A stretch of DNA of 64,000 nt from Bacteroidota bacterium (GCA_040385625.1 JAZKHA010000021.1:14823-78822); one strand, 5' to 3'; positions 1 through 9,805 are shown, numbered from the stretch's first letter. Numbers and translations are program-made. Notes: generated by a model not told the origin, from the sequence alone.

Positions 1-1175
1 TGTTAGGTTTTTCAGATTCTAAATTCAACTATTTGAAATTAAGAGGAGGTTGGTCTAAAGTTGGAGGACCTGGACCATTAGCAGAATACAGTACTAACTC
101 AAGTTATACAATAGGTAATACTGGTTTAGGTTCAAATTCAAACGTTCCTAACGTAAGATGGAATCCAAACATTAAACCTGAATCAACAACAGGTATTGAA
201 ATAGGTTTAGATGCCAATGCATTTAACAACAGACTACGTCTTGCTGCAACCTATTACGATCAAAAATCAAATGATTTAATTGTAAATGCACCAATTTCTT
301 CAGGATCAGGTTTTACCTCTTCATGGGAAAATATTGGAGAAATGAGAAACAAAGGTTTCGAAGTACAATTAGGCGCTACAGTATTGAAAAAAGATAGCTT
401 CAGTTTTGATGTTGATGTTAACTTTGCTAAAAATGAAAACCAAGTTGTTAGCTTAGGAGCTTTAGAATCTGTAACCCTTGGAGGACAATGGGGTATGGAA
501 TTACAAGCTGTTGAAGGACAACCATACGGTGTAATTGCTGGATTCCCATTGTTAAGAAACGAAAATGGTGATGTTATTTACGAAAACGGATTACCTGTTA
601 CTGACAATTCAAGATTAGTAAATCTTGGTAATATCACACCTGATTGGACAGGAGGTGTTAATTTTACTTTAAAATATAAAGGCTTTGATTTAGGCACGCT
701 TATTGATGCTAAAATGGGAGGAGATGTATATTCTATGTCATATATGTGGGGTAGATATGCAGGTACTTTAGAAGAGTCATTAATTGGTAGAGAAGGTGGT
801 ATTGTAGGTAACGGAGTTGTTTCTAACGGAGCAGGTGGCTGGGTACCTAACAACGAAGTTGTTACCGCTAAAGAATTTAACCAATATGCATATAGCTATT
901 CTAATTTCACTGAAACTGGTATTTTTGATGCAAGTTATGTTAAATTACGTCAAATTAATCTAGGTTATTCTCTTCCAAAAAAATGGTTACAAGGTTCTTT
1001 TATTCAAGATTTAAAAGTGTCTGTAGTAGGAAGAAACTTAGCATTATTATATAAAAAGGCACCTCATATAGATCCTGAAACAGCTTTTAGTAATACAAAT
1101 GGCGAACAAGGACAGGAATTTGGACAAATTCCATCTGCAAGAACTTATGGATTTAATATTAATGTTAAATTTTAA
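1..1175 (+). CDS. SusC/RagA-family TonB-dependent outer-membrane receptor, C-terminal part (5' end lies upstream of the window)
   Basis: Frame 3 is open from nt 3, and the track's M at 33 is an internal TTG. The sequence is Gly/Asn/Tyr-rich in a beta-barrel style and ends in the terminal aromatic ...NINVKF typical of TonB-dependent barrels. A SusD-like gene follows 11 nt later. Confidence 0.85.
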   Translation, partial: LGFSDSKFNYLKLRGGWSKVGGPGPLAEYSTNSSYTIGNTGLGSNSNVPNVRWNPNIKPESTTGIEIGLDANAFNNRLRLAATYYDQKSNDLIVNAPISSGSGFTSSWENIGEMRNKGFEVQLGATVLKKDSFSFDVDVNFAKNENQVVSLGALESVTLGGQWGMELQAVEGQPYGVIAGFPLLRNENGDVIYENGLPVTDNSRLVNLGNITPDWTGGVNFTLKYKGFDLGTLIDAKMGGDVYSMSYMWGRYAGTLEESLIGREGGIVGNGVVSNGAGGWVPNNEVVTAKEFNQYAYSYSNFTETGIFDASYVKLRQINLGYSLPKKWLQGSFIQDLKVSVVGRNLALLYKKAPHIDPETAFSNTNGEQGQEFGQIPSARTYGFNINVKF

Positions 1176-1186
1176 TTTTATATAAC

Positions 1187-2596
1187 ATGAAAAATATAGT
1201 AAGAACTCTTGCAATTACTTTAGGATTTTTTGTAACCAGTTGTACGAATGATTTTGAAAAAATCAATACCACTCCTAACAACGCATTAGAAACAGATCCT
1301 AATCTATTAATTGCAGCAAGTATACAAAACTTAGAAAACACCTTATACAATATGCAAATTGGAGGTGATATGGGTATGTGTTGGGGTCAACACCAATCGA
1401 AAGTTCAGTACAACGATGAGGAAAAATATATTCCTAGACGTGGACAAATGAATGCTCTTTGGGATAACACTTATGCAACAGTTATTAAAGAATTAAAAGA
1501 AGCATATACGTTTGCTGGAGATCAAGGCAACACGAATTTACAAGCTGTTTCTTTAGTTTTAGAAGCAAATGCTTTTCAAATTTTAACTGATGTATATGGT
1601 CCTGTAGTTTATTCTCAATTCGGAGCAACTTTCCCGGCTTATGATTCACAAGAAGCTGTATATGATGGTCTTTTATCTAAATTAGATGAAGCAGAGACAT
1701 TATTTGCTAATGGTACTGGTGATTTCAAAGCTACTGCAGATTTACTTTACGGAGGAAATATTGCAAAATGGAGAAAACTTGGAGCTTCATTAAAATTTAA
1801 AGCTTTAATGAGAATCTCTAAAGTGAGAAATGTTTCAACACAATTACAAGCGTTATATGATTCTGGATTATTAATGTCATCAAATGCTGATTCTGCACAA
1901 ATGGCATATACTTCAGCTGCACCTGATGCGAATCCAATTTTCGAAACAATTGTTAGTAACAATCGTAATGAATATAAAGTTTCTTCTGTATTGGTAGAGC
2001 AACTTAATAATTATAACGACCCAAGATTAGCTGTTTATGCACAAAGAAACAATGCTAATCTATATGTAGGAAACGCACCAGGGGTTGAAAATGCATCAAA
2101 CTATAATGGTTTTTCTGCATTAGGTACAAAATACTTAGGTGCAACATTACCTGCAGTTATTTTATCTTACGCACAAGTTGAATTATTTGTTGCAGAAGCG
2201 ATAAATGAAGGTTATGTATCTGGAGGCTTAACTGCTGCTAGAACTCACTTTGTAAATGGAATTAATGCTAACTTCGCATTTAACGGTTTAGCTGCTGATC
2301 CTGCTTATACTTCAAATCCTTCTGTTGATTTTGGTTCACAAAACGACGCAAGAGTTAAAATTGCAACACAAATGTGGTTAGCTCTTTACGGTCAAGGAAT
2401 TGAAACTTGGACAGAATGGAGAAGAACAGGTTACCCTGTTTTAGCCCCTGCTGCTGGCGCTGCAATTGCAAGTATCCCAAAAAGGTTTTATTATTCAACT
2501 GATGAGTCTACTTTTAATAAAGATAGTTATAATCAAGCAATCAGTACACTTAACAATGGTGACTCAATGTTATCAAAATTATGGTTTCAACCTTAA
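1187..2596 (+). CDS. SusD/RagB-family nutrient-binding outer-membrane lipoprotein
   Basis: Lipoprotein signal (LGFFVTSC). 469 aa. Sits directly after susC. The C-terminal ETWTEWRRTGYP motif is characteristic of SusD-like proteins. Confidence 0.85.
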   Translation: MKNIVRTLAITLGFFVTSCTNDFEKINTTPNNALETDPNLLIAASIQNLENTLYNMQIGGDMGMCWGQHQSKVQYNDEEKYIPRRGQMNALWDNTYATVIKELKEAYTFAGDQGNTNLQAVSLVLEANAFQILTDVYGPVVYSQFGATFPAYDSQEAVYDGLLSKLDEAETLFANGTGDFKATADLLYGGNIAKWRKLGASLKFKALMRISKVRNVSTQLQALYDSGLLMSSNADSAQMAYTSAAPDANPIFETIVSNNRNEYKVSSVLVEQLNNYNDPRLAVYAQRNNANLYVGNAPGVENASNYNGFSALGTKYLGATLPAVILSYAQVELFVAEAINEGYVSGGLTAARTHFVNGINANFAFNGLAADPAYTSNPSVDFGSQNDARVKIATQMWLALYGQGIETWTEWRRTGYPVLAPAAGAAIASIPKRFYYSTDESTFNKDSYNQAISTLNNGDSMLSKLWFQP

Positions 2597-2623
2597 TTAA
2601 GTTTATTCTAAAAATTTAAAAAC

Positions 2624-3556
2624 ATGAGAAAAATAAAATATTTAGCAATTGCACTTACTCTTTTCTCTGCTGCTTTTGTAGCATGTGAAGAGGATAGCGA
2701 TGAGCTAACAGGCGACAAAAACGAGGGTGGTTTAGTTGAAATAAACACTCCTATTGTAGGCTATGTAGTAGGTAATGGTGTGACTTTGCCTTATGATGGA
2801 CAATTCACCATAAATCAAGGAACTGTAAAGACAACGAAAGTTGATATTTACAAAAGCTTTACAGATTCAAAAGGAACAGCTGATCCTGCTGATGATGTGG
2901 TTTCTAACGAAGTATTACTTCAGTCTATTGACTTATCAGGTGACAAACATGAAGTTGTAGATTTCACTTATTCTTACAATGACCTTATTCAAGGTTTAAT
3001 TTTGGATGGAGCGCCATTAAGCACTGATGATCAAACGTTAAACATTGGTGATTTTTGGACTGTTCGATTTTCATCAACTACATCTAATGGGGTTCACCTT
3101 AACGCTGAAATAATGAAAATTGCTGTGGGTACTAGATTCGCAGGACAATACAAATGTGTTAACGGAGAGTATTACAGAATAGGTGTTTTCAATGCTGGAA
3201 CAGGTAGCTGGCCAGCGGTTACAGTTATAGAATCTGTAACATCAACTTTATACAGAGTTAAAACGTATTTCGGTATTTTCACAGGAAATGAGTTTTACTT
3301 CAACATTGATGCTAATGATATCATTACTTATCCAGCAAACCGTCCTGACGGCACTGCACAGGTAGGAAATGGTCAGCCAATGATTACTTGCCAAACGAAT
3401 CCTGCAGACATGAGTGCTGTTCACTGTGGTGATTCAAACTATGTTACTCGTGATGATGTAAATGGAAAAGACAAATTAACAATGTCATTCGGTTATTATA
3501 CAACATCTGGTGCTGTAGGACCAAGAACTTTCTATCAAGTTCTTGAAAAATTGTAA
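2624..3556 (+). CDS. Hypothetical surface lipoprotein encoded in the SusC/D locus
   Basis: Signal peptide with lipobox (SAAFVAC). 310 aa, 27 nt after susD. No catalytic motif recognised. Three Cys residues, all in the C-terminal half (KCVNG, ITCQT, VHCGD). Confidence 0.6.
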   Translation: MRKIKYLAIALTLFSAAFVACEEDSDELTGDKNEGGLVEINTPIVGYVVGNGVTLPYDGQFTINQGTVKTTKVDIYKSFTDSKGTADPADDVVSNEVLLQSIDLSGDKHEVVDFTYSYNDLIQGLILDGAPLSTDDQTLNIGDFWTVRFSSTTSNGVHLNAEIMKIAVGTRFAGQYKCVNGEYYRIGVFNAGTGSWPAVTVIESVTSTLYRVKTYFGIFTGNEFYFNIDANDIITYPANRPDGTAQVGNGQPMITCQTNPADMSAVHCGDSNYVTRDDVNGKDKLTMSFGYYTTSGAVGPRTFYQVLEKL

Positions 3557-3573
3557 AATTTTAAAAAAAAATT

Positions 3574-4533
3574 ATGAAAAAAATAACTAAAATAGCTCTT
3601 ATCGCTTGCTCTGCAATTGTATTATACAGTTGTGACAACGAAGACGGCACAGGTTACTCAACCACTCATGCAAATGAAGATGTAACTGGTTTTGTAGCAA
3701 ATAATGCTGTTGAGACAATTACAGAAGGAGAATCATTTCCTTTAGTAATAAATATTGACAAACCACAACCTGTAGACATTCATGTTAAAGTAAAATTAGT
3801 TTCTGCTACTGCAGATCCAGATCATGATTTCGAATATCCACACGAAATCATAATCCCAGCTTATGCTACTTCAGGTCAAGCATTAGTAAAAACTACTGAT
3901 GATTGTGATTATGAAACTCCTACAGATTTTACTCTTGAAATTGGAGATAACACAACTTCTAACGCTGCTATTCCAGTAAAAACGGTTAAGTTTAACATCT
4001 TAAACAAAGTTGGAACTGACTTAGAAATAGAATTTGACTATGACAAAGCATATGTTGATGGTTCGACTGCAACAACTTTATATGATGAAGGTTATGATGT
4101 AGATTATTACATCCTAGATTCTAACGGTGATGATATCGGAAACTATGAAGCTGCTACTGGAGATATGCCAGAAACTTTAGCCTTATCTGCTGGTGAACTT
4201 CCTGATGGAGAATACCAAATTTGGCAAGATTTATGGGAAGATGCTGGAGTTCCTCTAGCTGTTACTACTCCTTTCACAATTCCAACCCATGTTAATTACT
4301 ACAAATGTGGTTCTGAACAACTAAATGGTACTTTCACACAAGAAAGTGGTTTTGAGCTTAACAGTACTGACATAGAGCATAATCCTTGGAATTATGTTGT
4401 AACTATTGTTGTAAACGGTGGAACATACACTTTAAAAAACAGTGGTGGTTCAACAATTGCTACAGGAAGAAGCTTAGCTAAAATACATGCTTCTTTATTA
4501 CAAGCTAGATTAAACAATCCTAATAGAAGATAA
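3574..4533 (+). CDS. Hypothetical surface lipoprotein with a Calx-beta-like N-terminal module and an acidic C-terminal module
   Basis: Lipobox (VLYSC). The segment EGESFPLVINI...SATADPDHDFEY...TDDCDYETPTDFTLEIGD resembles Calx-beta repeats. The second half is D/E/Y-rich. It is the last gene before the terminator at 4555. Confidence 0.55.
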   Translation: MKKITKIALIACSAIVLYSCDNEDGTGYSTTHANEDVTGFVANNAVETITEGESFPLVINIDKPQPVDIHVKVKLVSATADPDHDFEYPHEIIIPAYATSGQALVKTTDDCDYETPTDFTLEIGDNTTSNAAIPVKTVKFNILNKVGTDLEIEFDYDKAYVDGSTATTLYDEGYDVDYYILDSNGDDIGNYEAATGDMPETLALSAGELPDGEYQIWQDLWEDAGVPLAVTTPFTIPTHVNYYKCGSEQLNGTFTQESGFELNSTDIEHNPWNYVVTIVVNGGTYTLKNSGGSTIATGRSLAKIHASLLQARLNNPNRR

Positions 4534-4554
4534 TTTTATCAGGATAAAATAGTG

Positions 4555-4586
4555 AAGCCGCAACATATGTTGCGGCTTTTCTTTTT
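4555..4586 (+). terminator. Rho-independent terminator ending the SusC/D operon
   Basis: Perfect 10-bp stem AAGCCGCAAC / GTTGCGGCTT with an ATAT loop, followed by TTCTTTTT. Confidence 0.8.
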
Positions 4587-4593
4587 AAATGAT

Positions 4594-4601
4594 TATCTTT
4601 G
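4594..4601 (+). promoter_or_regulatory. Bacteroidetes -7 promoter box (TATCTTTG) for rlmB
   Basis: Exact match to TAnnTTTG, ending 4 nt before the ATG at 4606. Confidence 0.5.
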
Positions 4602-4605
4602 CCTC

Positions 4606-5343
4606 ATGGAAAAAGAGAATCAAATATTCGGGATTAGAGCTATTATTGAAGCCATTAACGCTAAAAAAGAAATCGATAAAGTTTTTATTCAAAGTGACAC
4701 TCAAGGAGATCTAATGAATGAGTTGATGAAAACCTTGAAAAAAAATAGCATCAATTTTTCTTATGTACCTGTTGAAAAACTAAACCGATTAACTCCAAAT
4801 AATCATCAAGGTGCTGTGGCAACCATTGCTCCTATCACTTTTATAAAACTTGAAACTTTAATTGATGGTGTTGTAGAAAGTGGCAAGACTCCCCTTTTTC
4901 TTATTCTTGACCAACTAAGCGATGCTAGAAATTTTGGCGCCATCATACGAACTGCTGAATGCACTGGTGTAGACGGAATTATCATCCAGAAACAAGGTTC
5001 TGCCCCCGTGAATGGTGATACTGTAAAAACATCAGCTGGAGCTGTCTTTAATGTTCCTATCTGTAAAGTTGACCACATTAAAGACGCTATCTTTTACCTT
5101 CAAGGTTCAGGAATAAAAACAGTAGCTGCAACCGAAAAAACAGATAATACGATTTATGATATTTCATTAAATGAAGGTGTTGCCATCATTATGGGTAGCG
5201 AAGATCGCGGAGTAAATCCATCTGTTTTAAAAATTGTAGATGAGAAGGCTAAATTACCTATGTTTGGTACAATTGAATCTTTAAATGTTTCCGTAGCTTG
5301 TGGTGCCTTTTTATATGAAACAGTAAGACAGAGACAGTCTTAA
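4606..5343 (+). CDS. rlmB: 23S rRNA (guanosine-2'-O)-methyltransferase, SpoU/TrmH family (RlmB-like)
   Basis: N-terminal substrate-binding region (IFGIRAIIEAI) and SpoU methylase motifs (LDQLSDARNFGAIIRTAE, IIMGSEDRGV, ESLNVSVA). I chose the start at Met19 of the track ORF because nt 4552-4605 are occupied by the upstream terminator and the promoter box. Confidence 0.8.
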   Translation: MEKENQIFGIRAIIEAINAKKEIDKVFIQSDTQGDLMNELMKTLKKNSINFSYVPVEKLNRLTPNNHQGAVATIAPITFIKLETLIDGVVESGKTPLFLILDQLSDARNFGAIIRTAECTGVDGIIIQKQGSAPVNGDTVKTSAGAVFNVPICKVDHIKDAIFYLQGSGIKTVAATEKTDNTIYDISLNEGVAIIMGSEDRGVNPSVLKIVDEKAKLPMFGTIESLNVSVACGAFLYETVRQRQS

Positions 5344-5352
5344 TTGAAAATA

Positions 5353-6135
5353 TTAAAATTCAGATTTTTGAATTTCTTCATTTGATTTAAATTGATAAAT
5401 CACCGGCAAATTAGAAACAAAATAATTCCATTTTTCTGTTTCCATTTCTCGAAATTTAGAGCTGGAAATAAAATTTCCTTTTTCATCAAAATGCTTCATA
5501 AAAGAATCTTGTGAAGCATCAAAATCAGATTTTTGCCAATCATAAATAATCGATTTTACATATTTTTGCGTATCAAATAGCAAACTAAAAACAAATCCAA
5601 CAACAAACCCACACAAGTGAGCTTCCCATGAAATATGTTGCTCACCTGTAATTTCTGGGCTGGGAAACATATACCAAATCATTCCTCCATACAGTAATAC
5701 AACGGTAAAAGACACTGCAACTAATCTATAATATTGAGTTTGAATTCCCTTAAAAAAAATAAAACTTGCCAACACATATACTAATCCACTTGCTCCAATA
5801 TGGTAACTTGGCCTACCTATAAACCACGTTCCAATCCCTGAAAACAGTATACCTAAAAATAAGACTTTAAGGGAATGTTCTCTGTAAAAAAAACGCAAGC
5901 AGCTTAACAAAAAGAATAAAGGCAATGAATTATTAAACAAGTGACTTATATCAGCATGTAAAAAAGGAGAAAAAAGAACACCTTTTAATCCTGAAATCTC
6001 CCGAGGGTAAATGCCGAATTGAGTCAAATTGATTTTGAATTGTTTCTCCACCCAAAAAACCACCCATAATGACAATACAAAATAAAGTGGTAACAAAACG
6101 ACTGATGGTGTAAATTTAAAATCGGTGTCTTTCAT
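5353..6135 (-). CDS. Rhomboid-family intramembrane serine protease
   Basis: Multi-pass membrane protein with the GASGLVY serine motif and a downstream HLCGFVVG histidine helix. Confidence 0.75.
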   Translation of the reverse strand: MKDTDFKFTPSVVLLPLYFVLSLWVVFWVEKQFKINLTQFGIYPREISGLKGVLFSPFLHADISHLFNNSLPLFFLLSCLRFFYREHSLKVLFLGILFSGIGTWFIGRPSYHIGASGLVYVLASFIFFKGIQTQYYRLVAVSFTVVLLYGGMIWYMFPSPEITGEQHISWEAHLCGFVVGFVFSLLFDTQKYVKSIIYDWQKSDFDASQDSFMKHFDEKGNFISSSKFREMETEKWNYFVSNLPVIYQFKSNEEIQKSEF

Positions 6136-6239
6136 ACTTAATGTTTATCAAAAACATATCCAAACCGAATTTAATGAACTTTTGTCAGAAATTGATAATT
6201 GTTAATCACTCAAATAGTTCATTTAATTACCAAATGTCA

Positions 6240-6247
6240 TAAATTTG
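6240..6247 (+). promoter_or_regulatory. Candidate -7 promoter box (TAAATTTG) upstream of rarA
   Basis: Match to TAnnTTTG, 53 nt upstream of the ATG at 6300. Confidence 0.35.
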
Positions 6248-6299
6248 AATACTGATTGTTTCATTTACCCGAATCAACAAATACAAGAATTATCATAAA

Positions 6300-7577
6300 A
6301 TGGAAGCACCATTAGCAGAGCGTATTCGCCCAAAATCATTAGAAGAATATATTAGTCAATCCCATTTGATTGGTGAGAATGGTTCGTTGACACAACAGAT
6401 TGCGCGTGGAATCATTCCTTCTCTCATTTTATGGGGACCTCCAGGAACAGGAAAAACAACCTTAGCACAAATCATAGCCCAAGAAAGCAAACGTCCATTT
6501 TATGAACTGAGTGCCATCAACTCCGGCGTAAAAGACATTCGTGAGGTTATTGAAAAAGCAAAACAAAGCGGAGGTTTATTTACCGCAAAAAATCCAATTT
6601 TATTTATTGATGAGATTCATCGTTTTAGCAAATCACAACAAGATTCATTATTGGCAGCAGTTGAAAAAGGATGGATAACATTAATAGGTGCAACAACCGA
6701 AAACCCTAGTTTTGAAGTCATTCCCGCTTTATTGTCACGTTGTCAGGTTTATATATTAAATGCATTTACCAAAGAAGATTTAGAAGCTATTTTAAAACGC
6801 GCAATAACAGAAGACACCTATTTAAAAACAAAATCCATACAGCTGAAAGAAACCGAAGCATTACTAAGACTTTCGGGTGGAGATGGAAGAAAATTGTTAA
6901 ACATTTTCGAATTGATTGTCAATGCTTCAGAAGGTGACTCAGTTGAAATCACCAATGAAAAAGTAATGCAATTGGTCCAAAAAAACACGGTGTTATACGA
7001 TAAAACAGGTGAACAACATTATGATATAGTTTCCGCTTTTATAAAATCAATACGTGGAAGCGATCCTAACGGAGCAGTTTATTGGCTAGCTCGCATGATT
7101 GAAGGCGGTGAAGATGTAAAATTTATAGCTCGACGAATGCTTATTTTAGCATCGGAAGATATTGGCAATGCCAATCCAACCGCTTTGATTATGGCAAACA
7201 ATACTTTTCAAGCCGTAACTACCATTGGTCATCCAGAAAGTCGAATTATTTTGAGTCAATGCGCTATTTACCTAGCTACTTCTGCAAAAAGTAATGCTAG
7301 TTATATAGCAATTGGGAAAGCACAACAAATAGTAAAACAAACAGGCGATTTACCCGTACCATTGCATTTACGTAACGCACCAACCAAACTAATGAAAGAA
7401 TTAGGCTATGGCGACGAATACAAATACTCACATGATTATACCAATAATTTTGCTGAACAAGAGTTTTTACCAAATGAAATTTCTGCTACTAAATTTTTCG
7501 AACCTGCAGACAATGCTCGCGAACGAGAATTACGTCAGTTTTTAAAAAATAGATGGAAAGATAAATATGGTTATTAA
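6300..7577 (+). CDS. rarA: Replication-associated recombination protein A (AAA+ ATPase RarA/MgsA)
   Basis: Walker [10 protein letters not shown], Walker [10 protein letters not shown], the MgsA C-terminal region ([27 protein letters not shown]) and [16 protein letters not shown]. Confidence 0.9.
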   Translation: MEAPLAERIRPKSLEEYISQSHLIGENGSLTQQIARGIIPSLILWGPPGTGKTTLAQIIAQESKRPFYELSAINSGVKDIREVIEKAKQSGGLFTAKNPILFIDEIHRFSKSQQDSLLAAVEKGWITLIGATTENPSFEVIPALLSRCQVYILNAFTKEDLEAILKRAITEDTYLKTKSIQLKETEALLRLSGGDGRKLLNIFELIVNASEGDSVEITNEKVMQLVQKNTVLYDKTGEQHYDIVSAFIKSIRGSDPNGAVYWLARMIEGGEDVKFIARRMLILASEDIGNANPTALIMANNTFQAVTTIGHPESRIILSQCAIYLATSAKSNASYIAIGKAQQIVKQTGDLPVPLHLRNAPTKLMKELGYGDEYKYSHDYTNNFAEQEFLPNEISATKFFEPADNARERELRQFLKNRWKDKYGY

Positions 7578-8287
7578 AACTTAATATCAAGCTTAATTGA
7601 AGTCACTTTGTCATTTTCGATAGCCTCAAAAAACCAATTTGATTCCTTGTAGACTACTACCCCACTTTTACCGTTGTAATTGCATAGATAAATATCTTGT
7701 TTAGAGGTTTTGAATAAAACCAATTCTTCCTTTGTAGTCGAATTATAAACCTTTACCGAAATTTCGTTTTTTTCAGTCTTTACGTTAGCAACAGAAACAT
7801 CAACTTTATCCATAGATTTTAATTTTTCCTGTGCTTCTTCGTCATAATATGTTTTCCCGGAGTATTTGTATTTGGCTTTCTCAAATGACTTCAACGTTAA
7901 CAACAAAGCTTCATTATAGGCTTTACCATAATCTTTTTCTCTCGACTCACCAAAATCGGTAGTAAAAAGCACATTATTTTTACAGTCCTTAAATTCTATT
8001 TTAAGAGCCGTTTTAAACATTGAATTATCTTCAACAACTTTGACAAATACTTTGTTACAATTGTAATCTATAAATCCTTCTGGTAAAACATCAGAAGAAA
8101 GATAGACTTCAAATCCTTTTTGCTTTAAAAAAGCCTTAATAGTTGAATTAATTCTGTATTGATTATCTTCTCTTTGAAATTCAAATTTGGCAGGAATAAT
8201 TGCCATATTATAATCATTCAAACCTGATTGCGCCATTCCAAGAGCGGAAATAAATAATATAAATAGTATGATTAATTTTTTACTCAT
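7574..8287 (-). CDS. Hypothetical secreted protein
   Basis: Start chosen at MSKKLIILFILFISALGMAQ (signal peptide); the track ORF extends to 8332. No recognisable domain. Its stop shares the palindrome TTAA with the rarA stop. Confidence 0.6.
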   Translation of the reverse strand: MSKKLIILFILFISALGMAQSGLNDYNMAIIPAKFEFQREDNQYRINSTIKAFLKQKGFEVYLSSDVLPEGFIDYNCNKVFVKVVEDNSMFKTALKIEFKDCKNNVLFTTDFGESREKDYGKAYNEALLLTLKSFEKAKYKYSGKTYYDEEAQEKLKSMDKVDVSVANVKTEKNEISVKVYNSTTKEELVLFKTSKQDIYLCNYNGKSGVVVYKESNWFFEAIENDKVTSIKLDIKF

Positions 8288-8333
8288 TGCTGATTTATTT
8301 ATTTTTTGGTATTCGTGAATCTTCGATTTCATT

Positions 8334-9020
8334 TTAGAATATATTTTTTAGTTCGACTAAATTAGTGATTTGTTTGATATGTTTTTCAACTTCAGTTGCA
8401 TTGGGATTAAAAAAAAGAGCATCCATTCCGAAATTTAAGGCTCCCCCAATATCTGCATCCAAACAATCTCCAATCATAATGCTTTCATTTTTGGATGATT
8501 CAGCAACCGATAAAGCGTGTTCAAAAATTCCTTTATGTGGCTTTTTTACTCCTGCCATTTCCGAATTAGTCACCGTGTCAAAAAAATGATGAATACCCGA
8601 ATTGTTTAGCTTTTTAAACTGAACTTCAGCAAAACCATTGGTAATAATGTGTAATTTGTATTTTTTATGGAGGTACTCTAAAGTTTCTACACAACCTTCA
8701 AATAAATGATTACTATTAGGCAGATGTAAAATATAATCTTCCGAAATTTTATCAATCAAATCATCAGACACTTCAACGTTTAATTCCACAAAAGTTTCTT
8801 TTAACCTTTTATAACGAAGCTCCTGGTGCGAAATAAGATTGTTTTGATACAGTTTCCAACAGGCCTGATTAATTGGCGCATAAATAGAAATAAACGCTGT
8901 CATATTAACTTGAGGCAATACTTCCTTAAAAATTAATTCGAAAGCCTTTTCGGAATTTCTGTCAAAATCCCAAAGTGTGTGGTCTAAATCGAAAAAAATA
9001 TGTTTAATTCTATTTTTCAT
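8334..9020 (-). CDS. HAD-superfamily hydrolase (subfamily IA, YjjG-like nucleotidase type)
   Basis: Motif I FFDLDHTLW, motif II ITNG, motif III K(KP) and motif IV MIGDCLDADI. Confidence 0.75.
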   Translation of the reverse strand: MKNRIKHIFFDLDHTLWDFDRNSEKAFELIFKEVLPQVNMTAFISIYAPINQACWKLYQNNLISHQELRYKRLKETFVELNVEVSDDLIDKISEDYILHLPNSNHLFEGCVETLEYLHKKYKLHIITNGFAEVQFKKLNNSGIHHFFDTVTNSEMAGVKKPHKGIFEHALSVAESSKNESIMIGDCLDADIGGALNFGMDALFFNPNATEVEKHIKQITNLVELKNIF

Positions 9021-9704
9021 TTACAAGATATTTTCATCTGCAAAGCTAAAATAACTCTTTTCGGTGATAATGATGTGATCCAGAACTGAAATATCCAAGC
9101 ACTTCCCTGCCTCCTTTATCTTTTTGGTAATTTGTTTGTCAGCATCACTCGCCTGTAATTTTCCTGATGGATGGTTGTGCGTCAAAATAATACTTGTAGC
9201 GTGATGCTCTAAAGCCATTTTGAACACTAAACGAGTATCCACAACCGTTCCAGTAATTCCGCCTTTGCTAATCTGAAATTTGTAAATCACTTTATTGGAA
9301 TTATTAAGGTATAAAACCCAAAATTCTTCGTGTGGTAATTCCCCCATTATGGGTTGCATGAGTTCAAAAACAGCTTTACTGGAAGTTATTTTAGTCAATT
9401 CTTGAACTTCCTCATCCCTGCGGCGACGTCCCAATTCCAGGGCTGCTGCTATTGTAATGGCTTTGGCTTCTCCAATTCCTTTGAACTGCATAAGTTGTTG
9501 TGCTGATAGTTTTCCTAAATAATTTAGATTGTTACTGGCTGAAGCCAATATACGCTGACACAACTGAACTGCACTCTCATTACGAGAACCAGAACCTATA
9601 AGTATTGCTAATAATTCTGAATCGGATAAGGCAGATTTGCCTTTAAGAAGAAATTTTTCACGTGGACGATCATCTTCAGCCCACTGATTGATTGGCGTGT
9701 ACAT
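9021..9704 (-). CDS. radC: RadC-family JAB/MPN-domain protein
   Basis: Helix-hairpin-helix region (FKGIGEAKAITIAAALEL) and the JAMM motif HNHPSG...SDAD. Its stop directly abuts the HAD start. Confidence 0.85.
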   Translation of the reverse strand: MYTPINQWAEDDRPREKFLLKGKSALSDSELLAILIGSGSRNESAVQLCQRILASASNNLNYLGKLSAQQLMQFKGIGEAKAITIAAALELGRRRRDEEVQELTKITSSKAVFELMQPIMGELPHEEFWVLYLNNSNKVIYKFQISKGGITGTVVDTRLVFKMALEHHATSIILTHNHPSGKLQASDADKQITKKIKEAGKCLDISVLDHIIITEKSYFSFADENIL

Positions 9705-9805
9705 ATTATTTATTTTGGCGTTTATAACAACAAAGCTAATTTAAAAAAAATGATTCTAAAATATTAAAATCAAAAATTTTGCGTTCAATATTTAAATTGG
9801 CACAC

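Noticed and set aside
4552-4605. N-terminal 18-codon extension of the rlmB ORF in the six-frame track
   Set aside because: These nucleotides form the SusC/D-operon terminator hairpin (4555-4586) and the TATCTTTG promoter box (4594-4601). The conserved methyltransferase sequence begins at the ATG at 4606.
9021-9704. RadC/JAB gene as a marker of a mobile or defence island
   Set aside because: The flanking genes are housekeeping (rarA, HAD hydrolase, mpl). There is no integrase, transposase, toxin-antitoxin or restriction gene nearby, and no tRNA or direct repeats as island borders.
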